DNA of 38,801 nucleotides, from positions 20,363 to 59,163 of the forward strand of contig NMRA01000366.1 in NCBI GenBank assembly GCA_002633005.1, in the 5' to 3' direction. Below the pieces are notes generated by a model, which made no database searches, had not been told where the DNA came from, and saw nothing but the letters and a program-made list of their open reading frames with translations. Made by a program: the position numbers and the translations under genes. Source of the DNA: Phoronis australis. Lineage: Eukaryota; Animalia; Phoronida. The stretch's first letter is position 1. Each line of letters begins with the position of its first letter. Shown piece by piece: positions 1 through 11,000 of the stretch.

Positions 1-234
1 TGAAAACGTGTTGACATACAGGAGAACTATTTTCACCGAAATTGTGGCTTTTACAGTCAGTTGATGTCTTTTCACTTATTCACGAGTGCATATTTACCAG
101 AAAAATGATAGGGTGTGTACTTCCCGTTGATTTGTTGTGGTCGGTTCTTTTTTCTCTGGCTGTACTTTTGAGTCTTCACAATTCAATGTTGAGTGTTTCT
201 AGTTGGTTTCTTCTGATCAAAAGATTCCAGGCCA

Positions 235-1770
235 TTATGTTCTGCTTATCAGTGTCTTATCACATTGCTATGAGTACCTGTTAGCCTGATGCAGCTGAAC
301 TGTTAATTTGCCTTTGGTATATTTGTTTTCGGCACTTCTTCCGCTGTTTTGTTCATATTCATTTTAACAAATAATCGTCAAAATTATTTTTGCAAATGTT
401 TCTATAACGTATTCTCTTCATCTTCTCTTGTGATTTTCCAATGCCACATGATTCCCTTTTCCAATTGTATTTTCTGAGTACTACAAAGTTGGCCATTTCT
501 GTGATTTGAGTAATCAAGATAGATGACACTGCTATTTTTTTCACATTTCCAAGAGATTCTCAAGTGTCTTGTCAGTGGGTACCAGGAGCACAGTTCTGCT
601 CATTGCATTCATGTCTTTATTTAATTATCGCTTAGACCTGAATGGCAGCAGATTTAGTGATCATCCTGACCCAGAAACAAACACCAAGGAAGACAACTGC
701 CTGACCTCCGTGTGAAGATCTAAAGCTTCCTTCAACCTTTCACACAGTCGGGTGCTACACCAACAGTCGGGGCAGCTGTGGAGAATTTCGTTGTGACCAA
801 CTTTTTAGTAGATTTCTAGCTGTAATAAAATGAACAATGAACAACATTTTTTCATTATTATCAAAATGTTTCTACTGAGCCTTGTCAGAGTATGCACGTT
901 TCTGCGTACCTGTTAATATCATCAAGCAGGCATTTACTTACCTTGGATCCATTTGCTCTCCTCCTTTTTGAAAACTTCCTGTTTTGTCTGCTGTTTCCGT
1001 AATTTGTTTTTGATACTTCACAATCTTTGTTTCTGAAGCAAAGCTTTATGTCCTTCAATGTCATGTCTTTTCTGCTAATCAGTGTCTTTTCACATTACTG
1101 TGAGTACCTGTTAACCTTATTGAGCCATTTCTTTTTCTTTTGTTCTAGTTCATTCTTTTTTCATTTTTAAGTTTTTCTTGTAAATTCACATTAGTATTAC
1201 AGCATAGATTTGTTTGTTTTTGTATTTTCAAATAGTAAGGTACTTGCCACATTTCATTGATGTATTATATTTTGACAGTTGATGTTGCACAAATTATCTT
1301 CCTGCATTACAAAGAAATTCTGTAGTGTATGTCTCTGGGTACCAGGATCACTGTTCTGCTAATCAGTGTCTTTTCACAGTGAGTTCCTGTTTACCTGATT
1401 GAGCCATTTCTTTTTTTTTGTTCTAATTCATTCTTTTTTCATTTTTAAGTTTTTGTTGTAAATCACAGTATTATTACAGCATAGGTTTGTTTGTTTTTCT
1501 TTACTTGCCAAATTTCATTAAGTATTGATGTATTATATTTGACAGTTGATGTTCCCAAATCTTCCTGCATTCCAAAGAAATTCTTTAGTGTATGTCTGTG
1601 GGTACCAGGAGCACAGTTCTGCTCAATGCATTCATGTCTTTTTTTAATTATCATTTAGACCTGAATGACAGCAGATTTAGTAGTTATCCTGACCCAGAAA
1701 CATACATTAAGGATGATTAACACCTGACCTGAGTGTGAAGATCTAAAACTTCCTTCATCCTTTCATGCTT
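235..1770. repeat. Local diverged direct duplications
   Basis: About 565-742 recurs at about 1588-1765 (gggtaccaggagcacagttctgctc...gaagatctaaa). About 1070-1355 is tandemly repeated at about 1354-1625. The motif ttctgct.atcagtgtctt.tcaca occurs near 240, 1070 and 1354. Confidence 0.85.
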
Positions 1771-1797
1771 ATCCAGACATCTTGAAAGTAATGTTTT

Positions 1798-2385
1798 TTG
1801 AAATTTAAGCTTTAGAACTTGAACATTTTTCTTGGCATGCAGTATTAAACAAAGTCATCTTACCTGTGCCGGCATATAGTCTTTCTTTAGGATACAATAC
1901 TGGTAGTTCTTTTGCGTCTTCTTCTCTGCCATCCCTGTTGTAGTTGTTTCCATGAGAGGTTGTCATGTTCTGTGACCACAATGAGTGATGTCATCGTCTT
2001 CTGTGTGATGTCATCGTGTATTTCCATGATGTCATCAGCTTTGTTGCAATGATGTCTTTCAGTGATACTTCTGGAAATGTTTTATGTTTGGCCATTGAGT
2101 GATTTGAAATTTAAGGTTCAGAATTTAAACATTTTTCTTGGCATGCAGTGGTAAACAATGTCATCTTACCTGTGCCGGCATATGCTCTTTCTTTAGGATT
2201 CAATACTCAGTTCTTGTGCCCCATCTTCTCTTCCATTTCTGTTGTTGTTGTTTCCATGAGAGGTTGCCATGTTTTGTGACTACAGTGAATGATGTCATCA
2301 TTTTTTGTGTGATGTCATCGTATATTGACGTGATGTCATCAGCTTTGTTGCAATTTTCAGCTCAGCTGAATTGATGTCTTTCAGT
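1798..2385. repeat. Tandem duplication of about 305 bp with internal (gt/at)gatgtcatc motifs; a related copy lies at about 3895-4085
   Basis: ttggaaatttaag-like start, then cttggcatgcagt...catcttacctgtgccggcata...gatgtcatcagctttgttgcaat occurs twice (about 1798-2065 and 2103-2385). Confidence 0.85.
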
Positions 2386-5140
2386 GTTGCATTTTTGTGG
2401 TGCCTTGGTTATTAGTCTTATAATTTGATGTAATAGGGAAGTGCCAAAGACTTCTGTGGCATCATTTTGTTAGACAGTTTCTTTGATCTTTTTTTATCAC
2501 CAAGTAATGAGATTGTCGTTCTTTTTAACTTTAATTGTAATGCATTTTAGGAGTTTTCTAAATGTTCATTCCAGTTTTACTATGTTAGTGTGCATTAAGA
2601 TCCACAGGCCTTGACATGAAGCTGTGTGTTTATCTGAAATTAAGCACATGAATCGCCAGTGGGCTGATGTCTTGGGTAAAACTAAGAGCAAAATTGTGAA
2701 ATAGTGAGGTTTGACTTTTCGATTACAAAACAGTTAAAGTTGCTGTGTAGTCATTTAAACAATCTGTGTAAATGAAAGACTCTACAGTTGTTTTACAAAA
2801 TACATGCAAAAACATCCAGTTTAAAGCTTGTTTATGGATAAAAAATAGCCACTTGTGCCTATAACTGAAGCTTACTAGGTACCTGTATCTATGTACAGAT
2901 TGAAGTCTTGAGTAATTTTTTATTTGATAGAACACATTATTTCAGATATAGGCACATGGGCCTTAATATACACTTATACTATACATAGGTATTACTGTAC
3001 ATAGAAGTACTAGTTGTGACAAATAAATTTAAAGTAAATCGTCTTCAGTAGATATTTGCTGACTGTTCGACTGTTATGGGCAGCTTAACATATTCAGCTA
3101 GATATTCAATAGGTGGTGCTAATAAATTAAGAGACCGTCCTCCTTTTGACATCTGAATAAAGTTAGAGCAGAAAGCAGTTGATGAGCACGGGGGTGTTCT
3201 TGTGTGATAGGAACCCACGTGATTTACCTGAACGTAGATGTCTCTGTGCAAAGGCCTCTTGCTTCACTTGCGTCACGTGGATTTTGTATGGACTATTCTT
3301 GAATTTTGTTGCCACAATGTTTACCCTACATAAGCCTTAAATTTCAGAAGTGTTTTGTGTTTCACGTACCAGGAAGTTCTGTTTCTTGCCTAGTATTTTT
3401 AGTTACGGAATATTGATTAACTTGCTTTGCCTACTTTAGTAAGTTCAAGCCTACGTCATTCTTGAAAGCAGAATATATCTGCTACCAATTAGTATCATTT
3501 TTTACTTAAAGAATAAAGTGAAAGCTAAGTTAGCAGTGTTTACTTTGCAAGAATTTCAGTTTTAACACAATGTTACCCTTCGTCACATTATGAAAGATAG
3601 AGATACAAGATCAATTATTCAATTTCTGCTCACGAATTCAAATTTAAATTTATCATTTTAGAGCTATGTTTTCATTGTTGGCTGTACAACTATCTGTAGT
3701 TCTTCTAGCGTTTATATTATCAACTACAATATCTGTCTATTTTACCATTTATTTGTTTTCAAATTCTCTGATTACCTTTATGTGAGCAGTTCAGTGATTT
3801 TCTCAAATCATACTCACTCATAGCTTTTTCATGTTGTGTTTTTCCTATTTCTACGCACCTTGAACTTTTTAATTTAATCCCCATTTTTTCCTAACTTGTT
3901 ACTTACCCTGCTTGTTCTCTCATGCATGGGAACTGTCCTGCCCTGCCTTCTTCTTAAACTGTCATGTTCTGTTGCCATAACTTTTGATTACAGTTTGTGA
4001 TGTCATCACCCTAGTTACTATGACAGTAGCATGATGTCATCTGCATTGTTACCATTGCCAGCTGAGTTGAGATGACATCTTAATTGTCAAGATTTTTTAG
4101 CTCAATCTTGTATCATAATGGTAAACTGGGTAGTGTAGATAAAAATATTTTCTGGTAATGCCGCACTTATTTTCAACAAGGTCCTGGCTAATACATACTA
4201 TTTAAAAGAAACATATACATGTATTAACAGTAGTTTAAATAGTTAGAAAATTAAGAAAAAATGAAATAAAAGAGAAACAACTGAAGGTAAAACACTAGTT
4301 TAACATGTTGCAAAGTTAAATATGATTAAGATTATTCTGTAGCTAACCAGCTCTGTTCCGAAACTATCGCTTACCGAAGTTTCTTTTAACCGTAATAAGT
4401 TTGGTGGTTGATGGAAGATCTGGTCTGTCTGCTACAGTAATGCTGCTTGAGTTATAATTTGAGTGATCATGGAACAGTAAGGTTGATACAAGATTTTTCC
4501 AACTATCTTCAGTATAATGTGGTTGGGAGTGAGTTTTAGCTTAAATTTGGTGCTCTCCTTGTGGGGAATTATTGGTTAGGTGTGACTTTTAGTTTCACGC
4601 TTTCTTTGTCAGGAATTTTCTACTTTGTTTTTGTTAATCGACAATGAAGATCCTGAAACTGTTGCAATTCAATTCAGTAAGTGATTATCAACACACTGTT
4701 AAATTTCTGGCTTTAGAGTGTACTGAATGTAGTCACTCCCCAATAATATATCTTCTTAAAGAAGATTAATTTTATTTTAGCTAATATGGAGCTTCATCAT
4801 TGAATGCTGGTTGAACATGCCATATATACTTTATAAGCATTACGGTTAAGTTTCCTTAAATTGGAAGAAATATTACTATAATGGCCAAAATTGTCATTTT
4901 TTGCATTTTCAAAATCTCTGTGTATTACCAAAAATGTTTAAAATTTCATCTTGTATTTATTCATGACAGGTAGCGTATGAAATTTTCAAATAGTCAAGTA
5001 GAATTGTCTTCTCGTTTACTCTTGTTGAAAATTTCGATTAAAATTTTACTGTCCCGCCATATTGGGTTCTAACTTAAAGAAACTTTACCGTCCTAATATT
5101 TTTGTGACTTCGCTTTAAGATCTATTCTGAGCTGTTCTAG

Positions 5141-5321
5141 TGGAGCAATGTGAACAACGTTGGGTTCAATTTCAGATTGCCAATGTGAACAATTGCGAAT
5201 CGTTCAAGAACTTTGTGGCACAATTGAAGGACAAATTCGTCAAAGAAGACAGAGATGACCAGGAAATTGAGCGTCAGTTCAGCAGTATGCAGAATGAGTT
5301 TGACAGGCTCGGTTCTCAGGG
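5141..5321 (+). CDS. EXOC3: Exocyst complex component 3 (Sec6), internal coding exon; the gene's 5' part is not recognised in this window
   Basis: Acceptor gttctag|tg and donor gg|gtgaga. Encodes EQCEQRWVQFQIANVNNCESFKNFVAQLKDKF...LGSQG, resembling EXOC3 'YVQYMIAIINNCQTFKESIVSLKRKY' as recalled. Phase-2 end fits the next exon. Confidence 0.9.
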
Positions 5322-6526
5322 GTGAGATTGGTAGATATGGGACAAAAAATGTGAAATCGTGCACCTTACTGTAGTTATCTGTCGTGAATGAACTGTACAT
5401 TACGCAGAAATTGTCGCAGTGCTAGACTAAAATTCGTTTGATTGATGGTACATTAAGAATCAGCTCTTATTTTGGTTCCTTTTTGTCAAAATCTCTGAAA
5501 TGCTGTTGTGCATGGTGATTTACTGAAATTCTGCCCACCATTTGGTAGCTTAATTGTAATCAAAGTCTTTGGCTAGGGGTTGATGTTAGTGTAGTACACG
5601 CCAAAAATATCCAGGTTGATAGAACCAGAATTACCGATGTGATGGCTGAATGCAAGAGGAATTGTCTGTCATGATGGCTAAGCACAGTTCACTGTTGAAG
5701 TAACAAGAATGACCCATTGTGGTAGATCATGGTGGGTTATTACCCATTTTGACGGGGGAGTTGTCCGATTACTTTTGGCCTGTACCGTATTTAGTTTTAA
5801 AAACATCTATTCTATGCCAAGTCGTTTTGTCATAAAGCCCATCATGTTGGCTGAGTAGCCAGAGCTCTACGGAAACCTGCCTAGTTTATTTTGGAAACTG
5901 TTAAAAATTCAGTGCCTAGAATGGATTACAGTACCTGAGTTGCCCTATTGCCTTATGAAAGAAACCACCAGCAGACCTTGCTTCGGTGTTTGCGACCTGG
6001 TCTAAATCCCAGCTCACAATTTTGAAATTCAATTTGCACACACAGATTCCAGGCACCCGTACTTCCTTGTTCGACTAAAAACGTTGTTGGGGTGTTTTGA
6101 GGATGTGACTCGGCTCACAGGAGTTGCAATGCCCAACACGCACATATGCAACTAAGTGTGATTTGGCCAAAATTTCAACTAGCATTTTCAGGTCGCAAAT
6201 GCCACTTACAAATTTTTAAAGCGAGACCTAACCAGACTTGCAGGTCTTATAATTTCTGCTTATAGTAACGATGTTTTAAATTTTTTTATTGTTTGTATCT
6301 ATATTAACAGGTTCAACAAAAAGGGCCGCAACAGCAGATCGGATTAATAATCACTGTATCCGTTTGGTTAAATGTATTATGTTTAGTTAATCGTGCATCG
6401 GTTCCCTGGTTTTCCAGCATTTCCCTTTTGTATTCATGTATTCAGCTTAACTTCACCTAGTTTCTAACTTTATTTCTCAGTTTAAATGCCCAGGATATTA
6501 ACTCAAACATATATTTGTACTAACAG

Positions 6527-6757
6527 TGAGACCTATCTGATGGAAGAGGTGGTACTTGACCTGAGGTCACACCTGCAAGAGCTGGTCAGCAGGAACTGGC
6601 TGGACACGGACGACGCCATCGAAACCATTTGCATCACGGTGGAGGATTACTGTCAGGACTTTGTTCACCTGAGGGAGTGCTTCTTTGACTCTCTAATGTT
6701 GAAGATACAAAGGCAAATACTCACCAGCTATCTCAAGTGTTTGATTGGACCAAACAA
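6527..6757 (+). CDS. EXOC3: EXOC3/Sec6 internal coding exon
   Basis: Acceptor taacag|t and donor aa|gtaaga. ETYLMEEVVLDLRSHLQELVSRNWLDTDDAIETICITVEDYCQDF matches the EXOC3 motif LLEEVFLDL..HLNELMTKKWL..AVDIICVTVEDYFNDF. Phases 2/2 are consistent. Confidence 0.95.
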
Positions 6758-7459
6758 GTAAGATTTTGACATTTGATTGGCTAATCTAATTTCTTTGGAT
6801 TGCCACAGTTGCGAGTGCGATCCTTAATTTGTTAAAAGCATAGCTGCCAACTGTTACAAATTCATCAGTACTCTGTGAAGTGTTAGGGAATAAAATATTG
6901 TAAGGTGCAGACTGTGTCAGACTGTTTCCTAATGTAACACAGTGTTACATTGTTTGTCTTAAACTTTGTTGTAGGTGAGTTTAAAAGTTTAGTTAGAGTA
7001 TGAATTAGTAACATGACTTGACCGATTTTACTTAGAAAATGAAACTGAAAAAGGTATCGCTTAACCAACTGCGGTGTTTTGAAAAATGTTTTGCAACAGA
7101 CTATTTGGTTAAAGCTGCTACAAATTGGCCCTCTGTAATAAATTAACTTTAATAAGGTTTATACCACTTACAGTTATGGTGGAATTAGTATCTACTAACT
7201 AACTCAAATTATATTTGGTTTCTGGGTTTTGGAGCAGCTGTCTTGTCACGACAGGTGACTTCTCATTTAAGTGAGGAACAAGTTGTGACCAGTTTTTTAG
7301 GGCAGTTGGTCTTAAACAAAATTTCTCTCCTAGCGGAACACGTGTCTGTAGTGGCTGCAATCTGTGAGCACTGTTTTGTTGCCACTGCTCTGCCCTCTTG
7401 GTTTCATTAAGATGGTAGTGACGTCTGTTGGAGCCGAAATTCTTCATTTCCCTTCGCAG

Positions 7460-7571
7460 GAAGTTGTCGTTTAAGAACAACGATGAGCGTAAACTAGCGG
7501 GTGAAAAGGTGTGTGTACAAGTGGAGCAACTACAGGTGCTGTTCAAAGAGTTGGCCCCTCACACAAGTCAG
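7460..7571 (+). CDS. EXOC3: EXOC3/Sec6 internal coding exon (missed by the ORF track)
   Basis: Acceptor ccttcgcag|g and donor cag|gtgagt. KLSFKNNDERKLAGEKVCVQVEQLQVLFKELAPHTSQ resembles EXOC3 RISFRSPEERKEGAEKMVREAEQLRFLFRKLA. Confidence 0.93.
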
Positions 7572-7909
7572 GTGAGTACTGGAGGGTAACTGAGCTGAAT
7601 AAAAGCATTCTCCGTTAACCTCTTTAGCACAAACCGTTTTTCGCTCGACGCATTTTCTGTTCCTGGTGTGTAAGAGGATCACGTTGACGGACATTTCGAG
7701 ATGTTGGACATTTTTTGTGTGAATCGTTGGATTATCTCCCTGCACAACAGCGGCAATTTGACAGAATGGTGGTCACAATCTACCCTGTTGCTATCTAGTG
7801 ACAAGGCTTGTTTTATCATGTCACCGCACATTGGTCATGCATGTTAACCAAAGGTAAACATCTATGATGTTCTTTTTAAGTATTTGTTCAATAAGTATAC
7901 AGTCACATG

Positions 7910-7930
7910 CACACACACACACGCACACGC

Positions 7931-7961
<31 letters not shown>
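7910..7961. repeat. (CA)n/(CACACG)n microsatellite
   Basis: Directly visible. Confidence 0.97.
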
Positions 7962-7995
7962 TTCATGCTTCAAATAATAGGTAAACACGATTTGA

Positions 7996-9057
7996 TTTTT
8001 ATGCGCCCACATATTTATATGTGGACGCATTATGCCGTCATCTCTGTCCGTCCGTCCGTCCGGGCGGCGTCCGGCGTCCGCTGCTCTATCTCCAAAACCC
8101 TTTGACATACGTTCATGAAATTTGGCACATATGTTCCATTCATGAATGGGATGGCATGTGCGAACTTTCGGATGGATCCAACTACCGGTGTGCCCCCTAG
8201 TGGCAATTTTAGTTTTTTACGCTTACCTTTGTATCTTCAAAAGTCCTGAACGGATTTTCATGAAATTTGGTATGTAGGCACCTATTAGTGAGATGACGCT
8301 ATCCTACTGTTTTCAGATGGATTCGACGTAGTTTGCGCCACCTAGTGGCCATTTTTACTGTTTTCGAGTCTGTATTTTTGCGTCCACCCCTCTATCAACC
8401 AAACCGCTCAAAGGATGATTGTGAAAATTGGCGTGTATGTGCTTACTATAAGGAAGACAGCTGACAATGATTTTCAGACGATTTGGACTACTGTGGCGCC
8501 TCCTAGTGGCAGTTTTTTTTTTTTGCGCCCATGGCTGTATCTCCCAAACCGTTTGCAGGATCTTTACTAAATTTAGCAAGTGTATTTATGTGATGTTGAC
8601 AACGGACGATGACGACTTTAGGATGATTCTGACTACCGGTATGCCTCTAGTGGCAATTTTAGTATTTTACATTGACCTCTGTATTTTCATAGGTCTTCAG
8701 GTGTATACTTTGTGTTTCTTCGTGACTATGAAGGAAAAGTTGCAAGTAGAAATTTGTTTCTGGCATTCTAATGCTGTGCTAATCTCGTATGTTGGTAAAT
8801 TTGTTTTTAATTCTATATTTCTGTGGTGCTTTAAGCAACTGATGTATAGGATGTGCTTGTATTATGAAGATCACTCACATTTTGCCCCTAGCCTATTGAG
8901 GAGACAATGACCATCCCTTTCCATTTTGCACAGTACAACATACTACATAATTATATGCTCTCTACTGGCCACTTTATGGTACCAATAAACAACCCTAGAA
9001 GGATACCGTATACGGTGCATTTGTGGGCGCATTTCAACGCTCTGCGTTGCTCTTGTT
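7996..9057 (+). mobile_element. Non-autonomous Helentron-associated element (HINE/DINE-1/pearl-like), apparently complete
   Basis: 5' sub-TIR ttttATGCGCCCACA with adjacent inverted copy (tgtggacgcat), (TCCG)n microsatellite, about four internal 145-160-bp units (ctagtggc and gaaatttggc cores), 3' sub-TIR TGTGGGCGCAT, terminal hairpin CAACGC-tct-GCGTTG and cttgtt end in a T-rich site. Confidence 0.8.
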
Positions 9058-9909
9058 TTAATACTGCCTCAAATGATTGTTAGGGTTTCCTAAAAGACTG
9101 TATCACATTACTCGAAAGGAGACTATTATGGCAAGTTACAAACTTAAGATACTATTTAAATGCTATGTAAATAGGTTCTTAGCACACTGATAAATTATAC
9201 ATTCGACACATGATTAACATACTGTCGACCTCTTCAAAATTTCCTCCAAAATATGTAATGAATATCTCATCCTTGTCTAAGTTTAAATTATGTTATTCAT
9301 ACCTCTGAAAGTCATGTTACAAATATTTACAGTGAACAAACATGGCTAAATGTTTCTACAGTTCCACCAGATGTACACGTGTCCTCGATATTTTTGTTTT
9401 TTATATAAATTAATAAAAACCTTTTTATTAATATGATAATATTGAAGTATTCTCACAGAAGGAAGTAATAATAGTTTATATGGAAAAACTTAAATTTGCT
9501 CAATTTGTTGACTGTTTTAATAACAGTCAATCAAACTGTATTCTACATGAGGAAGTGAGGCAATATTAGATAGCATGATATTTCTCGTATACTGAGTATC
9601 AAAGTGATTTGATTTATACAATTTGAGTTGTAAGTCACGATGTGTGGAGCCTACAATTTCATTACTCGTCTCAAGGCAACACAACCATGATCATCACTTT
9701 TTAGTGTTCTCTGTTATTTCTCGTAGAAATATAATTCATTACAGAACTTGAGGTGTTTGATATCGATGAAATGAAACACCAATACCCAGAAATGATATAA
9801 ATACGTGTAAAGTGGAGCTATCTGTTAGTCCTGTCTCATCATTAGGACAGGGTGTTGCCAAAGTAATTATTTTCACTAAATTATGAAATCTCACCTTCCC
9901 GTTGCATAG

Positions 9910-10161
9910 GTTTCGAAGCACTACGACGTCTTCCCTAAGCTGGCTGAGATCATCCGTATGACAGATGCCACTATGATTCAACTGGAACTGTCCAGCCTGG
10001 TCACAGAGTACCCAGATGTAAAGAGGGAACATCTCGTTAACTTGTTGGCTTACAGAGATGACATCAGTAAAAGTGAGGCGCAGCGGCTGGCAGTCGAGAC
10101 GATCACAGATGAACACATAGCGAGGACGAAAGGTATACAGATGGTGTTCTACGACTTGTAG
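9910..10161 (+). CDS. EXOC3: EXOC3/Sec6 last coding exon with TAG stop
   Basis: Acceptor ttgcatag|g (phase 0). VSKHYDVFPKLAEIIRMTDATMIQLELSSLVTEYPDVKREHLVNLLAYRDD...VFYDL* matches EXOC3 [40 protein letters not shown]. Confidence 0.93.
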   Translation, partial: VSKHYDVFPKLAEIIRMTDATMIQLELSSLVTEYPDVKREHLVNLLAYRDDISKSEAQRLAVETITDEHIARTKGIQMVFYDL

Positions 10162-10189
10162 AGTGACAGAGGTCATGCGTTATAAGGTG

Positions 10190-10350
10190 GGTACAGAGAA
10201 GCTGCAGCCGGGAGTGACACATAGTTTGGCTTTTTGGTATACAAAGAGGATATCAGTCAGAGTGGACCCCAGTGGCTGGCAGTGGAGACAGTCATGAATG
10301 AACACATGGTCTAGACTTAACAAATACAGACTGTCATGCGGCTAATGAGT
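10190..10350 (+). pseudogene. Decayed tandem duplicate of the 3' half of the EXOC3 last exon, located in the 3' UTR
   Basis: 10240-10308 aligns to 10051-10119 at offset 189 (52/69 nt identical by hand count). It reads YKEDISQSGPQWLAVETVMNEHMV* versus YRDDISKSEAQRLAVETITDEHIAR and has in-frame stops. Confidence 0.75.
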
Positions 10351-10714
10351 GGATGGCAGCTATGTGTTAAAGAATGAGAGAGACACTGAGGATGCAACAG
10401 TTGAGCTGTAGCGATTGGTTGACAGTTGGATAGACTCATAAGGAGTGCAAAGGTGTGCAGTCACCTCCCTGGACTGAATATGATGTGGGAAGTAATGGAG
10501 CTGAAAAACCTGTTGCCTAGACAACCATGAAGGGATAGTATGCAGACTGAGAGTGTGTGGATTGTCGTGCAATTTGATTGTGGACTAACACTCAGGAAAG
10601 TCACAAGATGGTGTTATGTGGTCACTTTATTGTGCGCTCACAACGAACTTTGTGGTTGCATGTAGTCGGCTTCCCGTCCTTTATTACCTTTGCCTATCTA
10701 TCAATTTCCGTAAT

Positions 10715-11000
10715 GATTATGGCACCCCCTGTTGGCATTTTAATTTCTTATAAATCCCTTGTCAGTCAATTTTTGGCAAAACAACGGTTAAGTTTGCTGA
10801 AAATTGCCACAGTGGTATGTTGTGGCAGTGCACTTGCACCAGTGGAAGCAGTTGTTTTTTGGATGAAGTGGACTCACTGAGCATCATAGCAGTTCCTCAA
10901 ATTTTTTTTGAAATTTGGTGCAAGGGTTTGTGACTTGGATGTGTCGAATTTTGGACGGATTTGACTTCCATGGCACCCTCTTTTGGACATTTCAGTTTTG
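10715..11000 (+). mobile_element. Degenerate fragment of the same HINE-like internal repeat, in the EXOC3 3' region
   Basis: caccccctgttggcatttt, ttgaaatttggtgc and ttttggacggatttgac resemble the 8100-8660 units. Confidence 0.45.

Noticed and set aside
7821-8108. ORFs with CVCV/HTHT runs
   Set aside because: Translations of the (CA)n and (TCCG)n microsatellites.
8467-8910. 147-aa hydrophobic ORF
   Set aside because: Lies within the HINE-like tandem units; no recognisable domain.
9739-10176. 145-aa minus-strand ORF (likewise 7199-7546 and 5137-5400)
   Set aside because: Antisense shadows of real EXOC3 exons.
10159-10185. Stop-codon readthrough from EXOC3 into the in-frame duplicate exon
   Set aside because: An in-frame TAA follows eight codons later, and another TAG precedes the duplicate.
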